A stretch of 55,759 bases of DNA, filler included, from Catajapyx aquilonaris (GCA_000934665.2; 4 parts of 4 records of this genome joined end to end with filler, not necessarily neighbours in it); one strand, 5' to 3'. Shown: positions 23,390-36,459, numbered from the whole stretch's first letter. Made by a program: numbers and translations. The notes: generated by a model from the sequence alone, not told the origin.

Positions 23390-26300
23390 CCTTCTGCGAC
23401 ATCAAAATATAACCATCATTGCCCCAGTGAGTTGACCACAAATTTTTAACCAGCCGATATGGCTCTCCATGCAACACTCCATAACCCACTGCCAAAACGC
23501 TATGGTCCAGACGATCCTCTGTATTGCCTGTAATCAGAACATTGTGCATAAATTATAGTGGAAATATTGTAAATTATGTAAAAATAAAATTTGAGCCTCA
23601 GTTACCGCAGTTTGCATCGTAGTACACGCCATGTGAATAACAGGAAAACGTCTTGAGGGACGCATCGATAGATATCGAAATAGGTCCTTTGGTGGCCAGG
23701 GTCACTTTCAAAGTGTTCAGGTCACCTGGGGTCACGTTTACATATCCAGTCATCTGACCCAGCTTCTCAGCACTGTCCGCATGACAAAAACGGCAAAAAT
23801 TATATTTACTGACATGGCTAAGTTCTGACATAGTGACCAGACCTCACCCAAATATGAGCCATAAGTCTCAGTCGTGGGTATCCCTCCATGCTTCATAATC
23901 AAGCGATAAGGCCTGTAGTCCTCACCTCCATCTCAGCCATCATTTCCAAATCCTCAGCTGGAATCAATCAACGACTAGAAAGACAAGTGGAGGTTGTAAT
24001 AGAGTCTAAGGATAGTCTCGTGACTATTCACCTGCTCAGAATATAGGACCAGTTTGCCAGTCTTCCAGAAGTAGGTGCCTTCCATAGTTCCGGTGGTGCC
24101 AAATGACCAGCATGACCCGCAAATTGCTTGGTCTTTGACTGGGGTCATGGCTCCATACAGCCTCCAGTCAATTTGATCCGGTATGGCCACGCCTTCAGGA
24201 GTGTACCTAGGGGTGCATATATTTTAATAACGAATATTTTGTTGCATCGGCGTGGATGTAGCTGAAGTGAAGAGCTTCGGGGTCGTAATTGTTGCTGGAA
24301 CGGTAACCACGCAGGTAACGAATCTCGTCTGCGGTTTTATCAGCCAGATGATTCATTTCTAGTGTGTAGCCCAAGCCTGCCCGGTTTTTGGAATGGATGA
24401 ACCTGTAAATGTTCGTCAGTCATTGAGTTCTGACAGTGCAAAATTAGTTGCATGTATTTACCTCATATTTTGCCTGAAGGTATGCAATCGGTGGTTTTCT
24501 TCCTTTTTGTTCTGGTATGATTGCTTGTGGTGATTGCGGAATCGGTCAAAAGCAGCTGATACGTGAGAATGATCGCCGTTCACGTATTCACCCATGGGAT
24601 TCATGTGATATGTGGACTCCAGTCCGGGTCCAGGAAAGTCAAGGCAAACCCCGCCTGCAATTTGCATTTTTAAAGACCAATTTCTTGTGAGTTAGAAGCT
24701 CAACTTACTCCAGTTGAACTTGAAGATGTCACTAGGGAAATCCTTATCATGCACCCGATAGACCAGGGATATTCAACTGGCGGACCGCGACGCAATTTTG
24801 TCCGGACCGCGACGCAATTTTGTCCGGACCGCGACAATATACAGGACAGTTTGAAATAATATGATAAATTACTAATTCATGATTTTTTGGGGAAAAAATG
24901 CTACCAATTTCATCAAATACACACCTATTCAAATCTCCCACATCTCACCTAAGCTGGTGTGACCTTGAACCCCCCAAAAATATCGCCCTTTACGGCTTGT
25001 TCACACTGTGCTTACGAAATGGGCCCCCCTCCGAATTTCTTCTGCCTACGCCCCTGTACATGATATCATAAAGGGCGAAAATGTCTTAATAGGCCCTTCT
25101 GCCCTTGCTACACATGTTTATATTTTCGAATATGAACCCTGTGGTACCATATAAAATCTGGGGGGGGGGGGGGGGGGGGGGTNGGGGGTTCCGGACCTTC
25201 AATGGCCCAGGGATGGTAAATACTGGACCTTGTCGGAAACTCCTTGAATACCCCTGCAATAGACGTTGTAGTCTATTATGTATAGTGGTCGTAATGTCCC
25301 ACACAATACACCATTTATTATTATTTCGATGCTTGTTTTCTACCAATTGGAAAGATATTGGTGTATTAAAATAATATTTAAATCGTCATACTCTCGTACA
25401 TTTGAAATGCCCAAGAAATACCTGGAAGTCTGTGGTGTCTGGCAAGACAGTCTGGATGGAGACAGGAGCTGCTTCAGTTCCAGGTGCATTAAAACAAGTG
25501 GTAACATTTGCTTCGGTTTCGGTAGTCATAGGAGCTATTTTGTACATCAAAGCGTATTGTCCCTCACTGGCCAGCATGTATGTTTTGACCATTCCTGTTT
25601 AAAGAAAAGTACACATTACTCTTTAATAACTGAAGATAAATCCCTTGAACCCTTGCTATATAATGTCAAAATGTTTATGATAATGCATTATTTTTACTGA
25701 TGAATGGAACACTTGTTGGACATGCTGGAACATGTTGTTTTGCCTGATTTTTACGAGACATATGAGGCGTAATTTATTTTGACAATTTGTGATAGCTTAT
25801 CAAAAAAGCTATTTTCGGTTATGATTATAATCTAGCTCCACAGTAGGATATAACATTTACTTTGGTCAATCTAGAGTGCAGCTTTGTATTTGAAGAACTA
25901 CAAGAGTGTTGTTGGCATAGTCATAAGTTAAATACGTCAATACATGCTTTCTTGATTTATGATCTGCTTCATTCATCACGTGAAGTGTTTGTGTAACTGA
26001 ATCCCGAAAAGGGTGGCCGGGAAATTATACAGGGTGAGTCATAAAGTTCAGAACACCAGGTCAATCTTCCGCTAAGAAAATTTATGGTGAATTCAGCTCA
26101 CATGACCATCACAGAGGAAACAATAGAAGGATGTCAATCCTGCTCTTAACTCACCATCGTAGTATAATCAATCCTGGCCATATTTTGGGGGGTGGAAAAC
26201 CATGCATGGAAGGGCTCGTTGATTTCAGCATAAGGAAGCTGAATTCGACCTATCGCCTCATACCTCTGTGGCCAATCCAATAGGATGCGGCAGGCAGAGG

Positions 26301-26417
26301 CTGCTAAGGCAGTGGGGAAGAAAATGCTCGAAATAGTACATGTATATGGAAAATACGTATAGAAAACCCAAGATTCGCACCTCCAGCTACAATGCACAGA
26401 AGTCCTAGGAGGAACAT
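23390..26417 (-). pseudogene. 26/29-kDa proteinase (cathepsin-L-like papain C1A) pseudogene
   Basis: Signal peptide MFLLGLLCIVAG; N-terminal 26-kDa part (LPYAEINEPFHAWF, MVKTY...KIAPMTTE, FPGPG...NPMGEYV); I29 prodomain (FRQNMRFIHSKNRAGLGYTLEMNHLADKT); mature domain ([52 protein letters not shown]). Lesions: TGA stops at 23954-23956 and 23933-23935, frameshift near 26160, a hAT MITE inside an exon, and a missing C-terminal NNCGV segment. Confidence 0.9.
24764..25256. mobile_element. hAT (Charlie-type) MITE inserted in a proteinase exon
   Basis: TIRs cagggatattcaa / ttgaatacccctg, 8-bp TSD cgatagac / caatagac, and an internal 22-bp tandem repeat (ggaccgcgacgcaattttgtcc) at ~24782-24835. Confidence 0.8.
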
Positions 26418-27211
26418 CTTGACAGGTATGGCGTGAGATTGGAACAGGGACAGGTGCTTATATACAAATATTTATCTGTAAATATATCTGGTTTATCAGT
26501 TTTCATTAGAAGGGTAAGATATAGCCAGGCTAGGGATTTTCCTCTATGGCACGGAGATACGTACGTACTGTATATGTGCGGACTTTCCTGATGTGTACTA
26601 GTTGCACCAGTTCAGTACCATTATGGTACAATTATTAATGATTGTGAATGTAGCAATGGTGATGTATAGGCGTATCAGGCTCTTTGTCAATACACCTACG
26701 TCAATACCATGAAGGTATGTACCAGGAAGTTTGTTGCATGTTTATAATTTTTCATTATTGAGCCCCATAAACTGCAAATGTTGAATGGAAAACTAAATCA
26801 TACAGACATATTGGTTGCACATAATTTTACTGCAATATCACTATTTTTTGCCAGTTTTGGTATCAATTCTAACGAGATCCGTCTGATTACCGAGTAAAAG
26901 TAATTGAACGATGGCGAGCAATGAGTATAGTCTGTCAAGCTTTGAACCATAGTCATCTTCAACTTATTGATGCTTTCAGTCTCATATCTTAGCGTAGACA
27001 ATTACAATTTTGTAATTCCTGACCTATTCCTTGTCCTGGGATTCACCTTTGATTATTTGCATTAGGGGTGGTTGACCGAAGCAGTGGTGGCAGAGGGGAT
27101 ATGGTGTCCGACTGCTAATCAGGAGGTCCTGGGTTCGATCCCCGGGGCCGGCAACTCTAACCGTGGTTTTCTGTGGATTCCCACGGTCCCTCCAGGAGAA
27201 TTCTGGAGTTG

Positions 27212-27550
27212 TGTTTTTTTTTTTTTTTTGCCTGTACCCCATTATCGGACCTTGGGCCCTTATTAGGGGAGTGGACTACCACTATTTTTTGGGAACCATA
27301 TAATATATATATGTTAATTGTTCCAAGGGTAAGTATAGGAGGGGATGTGCAAAGTGCAAGTGCGCTGTCGTTAATTGGTCATTTTGTGAACTCCCCCGGG
27401 TGGCTTAGTCTATCGGAAATTGCCACCCGAAACGAAGCCAGAGATGGCCCAACTCTGCACGAAAGAAGGTGGGAACCCCGGGTGGGGATTGAACCCGGGA
27501 CCTTAACTTCCGTGGGCGCGCGCGTTACCGCGGCGCCACTCCGTCTCCCT
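27212..27550 (-). mobile_element. tRNA-derived SINE (different family) nested in the host SINE
   Basis: Minus-strand A-box-like tggcgccgcgg and B-box ggttcaatccc, poly-A tail (T-run 27214-27229 on +), and a 15-bp TSD agaattctggagttg at 27197-27211 and 27551-27565. Confidence 0.85.
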
Positions 27551-27699
27551 AGAATTCTGGAGTTGCTTCCTAATTAATAGGCCACAGCCGCCTCCTTCCT
27601 TTCCTATCCTCTCCCAAAAATGCGCAGTAAAAATTACAAGAGTTCCACTCAAAACAAAAATTCCCCCCTAAAGAGCCGCCGGCTGATAACGGGGTATGA

Positions 27700-27775
<76 letters not shown>
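27700..27775. repeat. (TTA)n microsatellite (SINE tail)
   Basis: Perfect trinucleotide run. Confidence 0.95.
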
Positions 27776-27776
<1 letters not shown>

Positions 27777-27812
27777 GGCCGGTTTCACCAAGCCCAGTTT
27801 TGATAAAAACCC

Positions 27813-27912
27813 NNNNNNNNNNNNNNNNNNNNNNNNNNNNNNNNNNNNNNNNNNNNTTAATTAATTAANNNNNNNNNNNNNNNNNNNNNNNNNNNNNNNN
27901 NNNNNNNNNNNN
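27813..27912. other. Artificial 100-nt contig-joining spacer
   Basis: N44-TTAATTAATTAA-N44. Confidence 0.95.
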
Positions 27913-28413
27913 GGGGGGGGGGGGTTATATGGGTGGTTTATAGGGTGATTTTTACCATTTTTAATGTAATTCATATTTTGGGTTAGCTTGTGGTTCCCGT
28001 CATCACTGACTACCCCTTTATAGGGAAATGTCGTGATGGTGTTGTTGTTGTTGTTGTTTAAATGTCCTAAATAATGGTTCTTCTTTGCATTGCCTCCACT
28101 TCAAAAGGCCTTACCTTGTGTAACCAGTGTTACAAGATCATATTTTACTAATGTCACATTTATGGCCGGTTTCACTAAGCAGGTTATATTATAAATCCGA
28201 ATCTCTTTTCAGAAAATCTTTACTTTTGATTGTTGTCAACAATGGTTGCTATGGCTATTCTTGTTATAACTACTGAGGTTCTAAATTATAACCAGGTTGG
28301 TGATACTCTACCTTAGGGAACATGTGGAATATTGGCATGCCACACCTTATACTAGCATGCTGCTATGCAGTTATTGTTTCCAATATATGACTACTGTGTG
28401 CCTTCCCATGCAG

Positions 28414-29162
28414 GTCTGAGTTCTTCATCCTCTCGCATCGCCACGTACGTCCCAACCCAGAAGCCTGAATGGAAGCGATATAAGCAGTATACCCCATCCG
28501 ATATTACTGCTGCGATCAATGCGGTTCGTGAAGGAATGAGTCCACTCAGGGCCTCACGTGAGTATGGGGTCCCTTCAAGGACTCTCTATGACAAGGTTAA
28601 GAAATTGGGCATCAAGACAGGGAGGCACTACAGGCGTGGGGCAGGGTCAGGTGTGGGCTCAGGAGGGGGTGATCTTCACCCAGGAATGTTAGTAGCGGCG
28701 CCTGGGGGAAGCACAGGGGCAGGCTTGGAAATGCCAGAAAATGGGGACAGGAAAAGAAAAAGGTCAGATGATGAAGATGAGTATGGGAGACCAACAATGC
28801 CTCCAATGGGGGGAATTCCAATGCCATTACCGTTAGCATTGACCCCACAGATGCACTATAAATCTGAGGATGACGATATGGATGATGAAATGATGGGAGA
28901 GGAGGAGGAGGATGATGACGATGTGGGAGTAGCAGAAAATATTTCGGAGGAAGAAGTAGCAAAACAGTTGTTGGGACGTCTCGTAGGAGGGCCAGAATTG
29001 AATGAGGAGAGCAATGGCAAGAGTGAGGAAGGCAACAATGGAAAAGATGGGAGTGAGGAGAGCAACAATGGTGTTATCATAAAGCCAGAAGAAAATAGTG
29101 CTCCAGACAAAGAGGTCCATGACAAACCCCAAATTGAATGGAACAACACAGAAACGGGATAA
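28414..29162 (+). CDS. Terminal coding exon of a pipsqueak-HTH transcription factor (BtbVII/bric-a-brac-family-like)
   Basis: Acceptor cccatgcag at 28413, then HTH_psq domain KPEWKRYKQYTPSDITAAINAVREGMSPLRASREYGVPSRTLYDKVKKLGI, NLS-like RKRKR and an acidic tail. Upstream (probable BTB) exons are not in this piece. The BtbVII assignment is from recalled similarity only. Confidence 0.85.
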
Positions 29163-29360
29163 GGCTGCCTCTGAATTTTGATATCCCCAAGATTTAATTC
29201 AGTGTTGATGACGGAAGTTGTCCGCTTGACTTCATAATGGTGCCATTGTTGAGAGAATTCTAACAGCAATCTTCCCTGTGAAATCAAGTGGACTGCCCTC
29301 ACTCTCCTCCTCTGCCGCCGCCTCATCCATTTGTTGCATTGGACTTTTATGGTACCCAAT

Positions 29361-29912
29361 GACTACATTTACATGGGACTAAAAAGCAGCCTGGCTCAGG
29401 CCCCCTAAGCAAGGCCAGTTTAGAGTAAGCCCACTCCTGCTTTTGCCACTACTACATGGGACTGACTTTCAGCACCCTAAGGCCCAACCGGGATTTCAGG
29501 AATAGTAGCCTACTTAAAAGGGAGTCAAGGAAAGATACCATACACGCTGGTCCAGCTGACGTTGCTGGTAATTGTCATTATCATGACCATATTTAGCCGG
29601 TGGATGTTGGCAATGTGGTTCGTCGTGGAGCAGAATCTGCATGTGCAACAAGCTAGGTTTTTCTGGTACAGCATGGTTGGTCACCATCTTTCCTCCTCCT
29701 GTCTACTTCCCTCCTGGACTATCCCCCTCACCCAATCAATGCCAGCCGCCTATTGTAGACCACCCGATCCAAGAGGCATGAGCTGAGACCAGTAAGGGCC
29801 CAACTCAAGCCCGTCCAAAGCAGGCTTGGTGGCTACATGGGATGGGAGTAAACCAGTTCCTTGCTTAGGCAGCCTTAGCTAGGCTGATTTTTAGTCCCAT
29901 ATAAGCATAGTC
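29361..29912. mobile_element. Probable PIF/Harbinger-type MITE in the 3'UTR
   Basis: TIRs gactacatttacatgggactaaaaagcagcct / aggctgatttttagtcccatataagcatagtc; the 3-bp flank aat occurs on both sides. Confidence 0.6.
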
Positions 29913-32900
29913 AATTACTTCCTGTTGCAAAGAATTTCATGAGTAGGTGGTAGTTGGTATTTCCAACTTTATTTGCTGCAGCAATGCCACATGATGTACC
30001 ACAAAGCTTGCAAGGATCTTAGCAGCAGTCATTGCATGTATTTTAAAAGTTCTGACACCTTAGCCTGTGCTATACAAAAAGATGGAGGTGATTTTGTATT
30101 GAAACCAAAATTGCCTCCATCTTTTTGAGCGATATAGTACATTGATAATCCTGTATTACTTTTGGCTCTACCGAAGTGCTGTCTAGTGTGACAAAAAATG
30201 ATATGAATATATATCACAAATATTGGATATCAAAAGAGGAATGTGCTCCCATTTTGATGTAAACCTGATAACTGTCCCCAGCATTGAATTTGCTGCACTG
30301 GAAATATCAAACCTCCTTCACCTTCATATTAAATCCATTGGGGCAGAAAGTGATTGGCATGCTGCCTGGGAGTGGAAGTCCCAAAGGAATTGAAATTCAC
30401 TCTGACTTATTTCTTTTCATCTGTGACTGAGGGTAGCATTGGAATTACCTTCTTTTAAATGAGACAGGAGCCAGGGGTAATTGCTACAAATGGCCCGAAA
30501 AATGAATAGATAATTGTTGAAAATCACAATGAAACTAGGCACTGCCATTGACTAAGACTGGTTACTATAATTATCGTTATTATTTTTCACACTAAGTTTG
30601 CTACCTCAACCATACTGAGACTCATCAGTGTCAAATATAAACGAAAAGTCTGATTTTGTAAGCCTGGAATTTTTTTGTTATTGTTATTTGATATATTAGG
30701 GTAAACTTGTTTATGGTCGTAAAAAGAAATTACATGTGTTTATTTGTGCCCTCTTCAGGTCCAAAAATTGCCTACCAATAATTTGTGAAAGATTTTAATT
30801 GACAATCAGAGAGCCTTTCTTCAGCCTGACCTTGGTAACAACAGGTTGTAAGGTCAAGGCCATAAGTTTGGTTGAGCTTGGATAGTTATAAATTGGAAGG
30901 CTGGGGCTAGAGGTGCCGGAATGGCAGCTGTACCAAGGTAATACTGTTGCAATTTCAGGCCATGTCAAGTATCCCCTAATTTTTTGTGTTCATTGCCAGA
31001 AGAAAATCAATTTAGAGAGCCATAACCACTTTATTTGAATTCAGTTTCTTTTTTCTAAATATATTCATATAATTATGTACTATTATTTTTATTACTGTAT
31101 TGCAATTATTATTTTCATGTTTATTTTTTGGGTGCAATATTCTAGTGCTTTAGTTCTGCAGACCACATTCCAAAGAAAATACGGTCTCCAGGACAAAAAC
31201 TTGTAAGACTGATGATGTAGGGCCATTTTTATATAGTCCCTTACCTCCAAACTCTCCTACCTACTGGAAAAGAAAAGCAGTAGCCACGCATGTGGGTATG
31301 CATGGTGTTAAGAAGACAGAAAGTGTAAAACACTGCATGAGATCTCCCTGGATTAACTGTGAACTGCTACTAGGGGGAGGGGAAGACAAAACTTTGCTTT
31401 TTGGAAACTGCAACAATTTTTTAAAATTAAGATAGAGTGGGTCACAGGCAAATTTTGGAGGCTGTTTATTGAGGCCTTAACAAATTGATTGCCAGACAAA
31501 AACCAGTTTTTAAATATCACATCAATATACAGTCCCGAGCATCAAGTTGGAGAAGGCAGGGTCCTCTGCCAATCCCCACCATTACGGTATCAAATATACT
31601 GTTATAAATACACAACACAAGCCTATAGCAGATCTAATTCGGCCCAAAAAGAATCCATTAATTTGAATCCAATAAAGGAAGGTCAGAGAAGGCCTGCAGC
31701 GTCTCCAACTTTATGCTCGGGGCTGCACATATGCAAACACAAAAGCAAACATACGAGCAAGTTTTGTGCATTTAAAGTTTTTGTTACGGGGGAAGGAAAT
31801 AGTGTTGGGATTTGTTTTTTCATGGCTATATGTAAGTACATGGCAATTACTTTTTTATGGAAGTTTTTGCGCTTGGTAACTTGCAAGACTGACGGGACCA
31901 AAAGTAGTTTTCATTTTTTTAAACACCATCACTTAAGTTGTTTTTGTTATGTTAAAAGATACATAGATGTTTATTGTTATCTTAGTGAGCTGCCCCTCTT
32001 TTCCCCAAACACTTTCCCATGAAAGTAGTGTTTCTGGGACCAAAAGTAGACAAATGTGGTCTTAGAGGTTGCGAATAGAGGTGGTGAAAAGAAAAATAAA
32101 TAGGGAAGAAAAGATAATGGATTGCTACTACTTTGTAGTGCGAATGTGTTTTTTTTCTTTTTGAAATCGAGACTGAATAGTTATTTACAACAAAATGTAG
32201 ACAAGACTGATGAACTAACTGTTTTTGATTATGAATTAATTCTTTTCATGTAATGACAAAAAAAGGACAGTCTCAAAGACTGTGGTACTAACTAGATATA
32301 GTTGAGTTAGCAAGTTTATATAGATTAGTTACTTTTTTTTAGAGCCAGATATTTCTAAGAGATTGGTAAAGTGAAATGTTAGTTTTTTTTTGAATGAAAA
32401 GTATATATTTGCATATGGAACAGGGAGGTGAATGGTGCGAGGTTCAGAAAATATGGAGGCAACAATTAATTTTTTGTGTTTTCCTGACAATCAAAACCTC
32501 CAGAGGGATAGTTACAGCAATTGGACTTCATTTTGTCAACAAAAATGATTGCTTTTCAACATCTGTTGTTTGTGTGGTTGAGTTTGCATTGTTGGCTGGA
32601 CCATTGTTGCTTCCAGGAGAATCTGTAGCGCCTCTTCCTTGGTCATTTCCCCATTGAGTAATTATTGGCAAGTAAACATTCCTGTGGGCCATTTTTTTTA
32701 AACATTTTGTACAGACATTGTGGAGGATTGGTTGCTATTGGTTTGTAAAAGGTGTAGGGCTTTTTCTCTAATCATTTATTAAAAATGGATGAAGAAAAAA
32801 AAAGTAGATAGGATTTTTTTTTTGAAGGGGCCTTTTAAAAAAGAATTATGGTATCTTTGTAGTATGCGCACACATGTATATGCATGCAATTGCTTTTATC

Positions 32901-33897
32901 GCTTATTTCACTTTGAATTATTTTTCTTCTCTAGCAGCTTTAAGCACTTCTTATTTTTCTATACATCTCTCAGACAAATAAAACATCACATACTTGTACA
33001 TCTATTCACACACAAACACAACACACACACACATGTAGGCGCACATATTTAGATATATAAATATAAATATATATATAGTGATTATATATATTATATAGAG
33101 AGATGCGTATATTAACGGCGCTGCACTGAAGAAGGGTGAAATTTTTTCTGGTTTTATTAAAATTGCCCAGCTTTTTGTAGCAACCATTCACCACCCCCTC
33201 CCTCCCAAACCCACTAATCAAGGCCATTGTTGCAAACTGGATTGTTGGCCTTGGTAGATAACAAAGGGTGTGTGGAAATTTATTGATTGATGTAAAATAA
33301 TGGACGGCTGTATTGATTGTCGCATGTACAAAATACAAATGCACCCATATGATTCCTGGTTAATAAGACTGATTTTTTCAAATATTTCTTTCATGTAAAG
33401 GGAGTGGTAATTTTTTGAAGAAATAACCTAGGTACCACTCAATGCTCAGGTTTATTATATTTTTTTTCCTCTTCTCAAACTGATCTCAATTTATAGCCAC
33501 TTGTGACTCAGGTACAAGCAACTGACATTAACAGTGACTGCCAGTTTACACCAGTGCACAGTTTTACTTGAACGTTTTATGTCTGTTTATTGTTGCTCAC
33601 AAGTAACTACTACTACACCTACCTCATATAACAAAGCACAGTAACAAAGAGTATGCACACTGTGTTTAAAGGACTTGTCAAGTGCAAGCCTTTTTTAAAA
33701 ATCCGCTTTGTGATTCATGTCCCATACTTATTTTTTATACTATACCAGCAATAGCTGACATAACTGTTCCCATTACTGAAATACACACTGCCATTATTTT
33801 GTATGTAGTCAGGGACATTTGGTAGCGGGGGACAAAAGTTGAGACAAAGAAAAGATGTTGAAGCTCAATTATGCCTGTGGAAATTAAGCTCTCATAT

Positions 33898-36459
33898 AGG
33901 ACATGTTAGGGTCCTTCTGGGAAAAGTTGGGCCACATGGATTTGGCTGAAACCAAGTCAGTTATAGACTTTGACTCCAGGGTCAATTGTTCTGAAGGCCA
34001 AAGAAAATCTACTGTGCTGGCTAACTGCTAGTTGTGCTCAATTTCATATATATTTTAGAGCTGCAGTTCCCAAGCTTTTTGTCCCATGCAGCCCCTTTTT
34101 GGAAAGAATTTAACAGTGGAGCCCCTGACAATTTTTCTCTTTCCGCAATGTGTGCTTTAGGTCGGGCCTACATGTATTGTACTGTGTATATCGCTCCAAA
34201 CTTTGGATTTGATTTTGCATTTGGATTCAATGAAAAATCGGCTCCCATCATTTTGCGTGATATAGTACAATAGTCATTCATAGCAAATGCAGAACAAAGA
34301 AGCATCTTATTATAATTACAAATTTTTTTACCCAATATAGTTACTTATTGACTGTGAGATGAATGGGGTTGTTTAGTTTTACATAGTTTGGCGATGTCTG
34401 ATTTTATGGGTAGCTACTTAAAATGCCATATTCAGTGTAGAAATAGCTCCTATGCTTAGTGAGTTATTGCATGGGGAGAAAATCCCGATTCACACAAATA
34501 CTCTCCGATTCACATAAGAGTGAACCTTTTTTGATATGCATATGCCCGAGGGGTCGGTGAACCACCCGAAAGTAGTGCCCAACATGCCGGGCCCTACCGC
34601 TCTTCAGAACAAAATGTGCAGTTTGTGTAGCGCTGCTACCACGTGGGCTGCCCATGATAATTAGGCATTCGAATTACATGTACCAGCACTGTTTCTTTGA
34701 GAAAGCCATAGATACCGGGGACTAATTTTGCGGCTCACCAACCACTTGGGCGTATGGATATAGTGTAAGTGGTGGCAAAAGGGGGAAAAAAAACATGTCA
34801 AAATCAGCCAGTGGTTTTAAATAGTCTTCTGAACGTAACGAAAATTCTTAACAATACTTATTGTGGAATGCAATTTTCAAAGTGGTGGCTGACACAATGC
34901 CTGTGAGGCATTCATATTCAGTTGATGTCTGGCAGGTTGGTTTTGAAGTAAAAGGCAAATGGATTGATCACCCAGTCATATTCCTTCAGTGTTACACATA
35001 CCTCCCAGGCAGACGTAAAATATTTTTCTTAAGGAATCTCTCAGATATCATAGGTGCTCACAAATATCTGCTGCCTCTGAATGACCTTATTGTAGCTCTT
35101 TCATAAGTGGAAAACACTCATGGCTGCCACCCTCAATGAATTCGCTCCATAGCTGCAGTTTTCTTATGAGCTCACTTTGTTGCTTTTCATCAAAATGAGC
35201 CTTACCTAGCATACAAAGATTCATTTCATTTATCTTGGCAAAAAATCTGCTAAATACGAAAGTTTGCAGAGTCACCCTTCATCTGTCAATAAGTTAGCCA
35301 AATTAATGTTGTGAGTCATTAAAAATGATCGTACTTCATTCTGTAATTGCATCAAATGTGTAAAAATTCTTTTCCTTGAGACAGCCACTTCATGTCTGCG
35401 TGAGGAAGCAAGGAATTGTGTCATCAGAAAATATTTTGAGCGGCCTGGATTTCAGAGAGCGTTACTTACAAGTTAATGTAATTAATAATTAGTTAACACT
35501 CATCCAGAACTTTAAAGAGAGGAAGGCACATTGACTACTGTTGCAATCCTTCGATTTTTCTTTTATTCTGGTGATAGCTCCAGCAGTCTGGCCAGTTATT
35601 GCCTTCAGGCCAACTGTGCTATACATTGATGCAGTTGTACCATGAAATGCCACTTTCGGTGAAAAATTCGACCAATAGACTAAAAGTTCGCCGACGTTGT
35701 GTTCAAGGGCGTGTGGACCAGGAACTATTTTTATGAAAGAGTGCCCTGTTATTCTCAATGCTTCTGCGGAGCACAATTTGGGAACCGATGTTGTAGAGTT
35801 TCACGAGCTGTCGAATGCGCCATGGGGTGATTTTCTGTGACAAACCATATGGTCGTTATTGTTATGCTGCAGATCTGGAGGTTACAATATGCTGTACATG
35901 TAATAGTTCTGACATACTAGTGTAAAGCAGGCTGTAGGCCAAATAATATATTATCGAGTACTTTTAAGCTAGATGGATACTTACAGAAACATCAGATACA
36001 CAACACTAAACCCAAGAGCTTTTACTTCATATGACATGGTGTTGAATTTTTGAGAATACCTAGAAGGTCCAGAAAAATGAAATGATGAAAATACTAATGA
36101 TGACTGACTGAAAGGGACATGAAGTGTGACTCGGTTGTGTGTCTAGTAGCCAAATGGTTTGCCACATCAAATCACCCCTTGGCACATTCCACACAGCTAG
36201 TGAAACTTGATAACATAATTATATGAAATTGAGCCTGATAGGAGCCAACTGATAGTACAACATTGAGCACCTCTAGCAGCCAAACGGCATGGTTAGGTTT
36301 TCTTTGGTCTTTAGAAGTACCCCTTATAGGGAAATGTTGTGATGATGAAGACGATGTTCATTCAGAACAATTGACCCTGAGGTCAAGGTCTATCAACTGA
36401 CCAACTTTCAGCCAAATCAATCTGGCTCAACTTTTCCTATAAGGAACCCACCATGTCCT
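33898..36459. mobile_element. Old TIR element (~95-bp decayed inverted repeats) hosting the hAT element
   Basis: 33898-33994 (aggacatg...gggtcaattgttctgaa) matches the reverse complement of 36361-36459 (ttcagaacaattgaccc...catgtcct). Confidence 0.55.
34061..35790 (-). mobile_element. Decayed hAT-Charlie/Buster DNA transposon with transposase remnants
   Basis: Termini ctgcagttcccaa / ttgggaaccgatg and 8-bp TSD ttttagag / ttgtagag. Minus-strand fragments KAITGQTAGAITRIKEK..C.SS.C, LPHADMKWLSQGK (compare HTEVRWLSRGK) and KINEMNL...RKLQLW...CFP. Confidence 0.8.

Larger units (their letters stand above)
27075..27775 (+). mobile_element. tRNA-derived SINE with (TTA)n tail, interrupted by a second SINE
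   Basis: A-box-like tggcagagggg and B-box ggttcgatccc; the body gtggttttc...ccctccagg resumes after the insertion as taggccacagccgcctccttcc; tail (TTA)n at 27700-27775. Confidence 0.75.

Noticed and set aside
23933..23956. Two in-frame TGA codons at conserved Trp and Cys positions as selenocysteine/readthrough or an alternative genetic code
   Set aside because: The same gene has frameshifts, a TE insertion and a truncation, and other genes in the window use TGG for Trp and TGA as stop.
27570..27868. Poly-Ile and poly-Leu ORFs
   Set aside because: Translations of the (TTA)n microsatellite.
28414..28620. E93/Mblk-1 or pipsqueak proper
   Set aside because: There is a single HTH with GVPSRTLYDKVKK, which lacks the E93 GVPHSTLEYKVKE and psq GIPSTTLWQRA signatures as I recall them.
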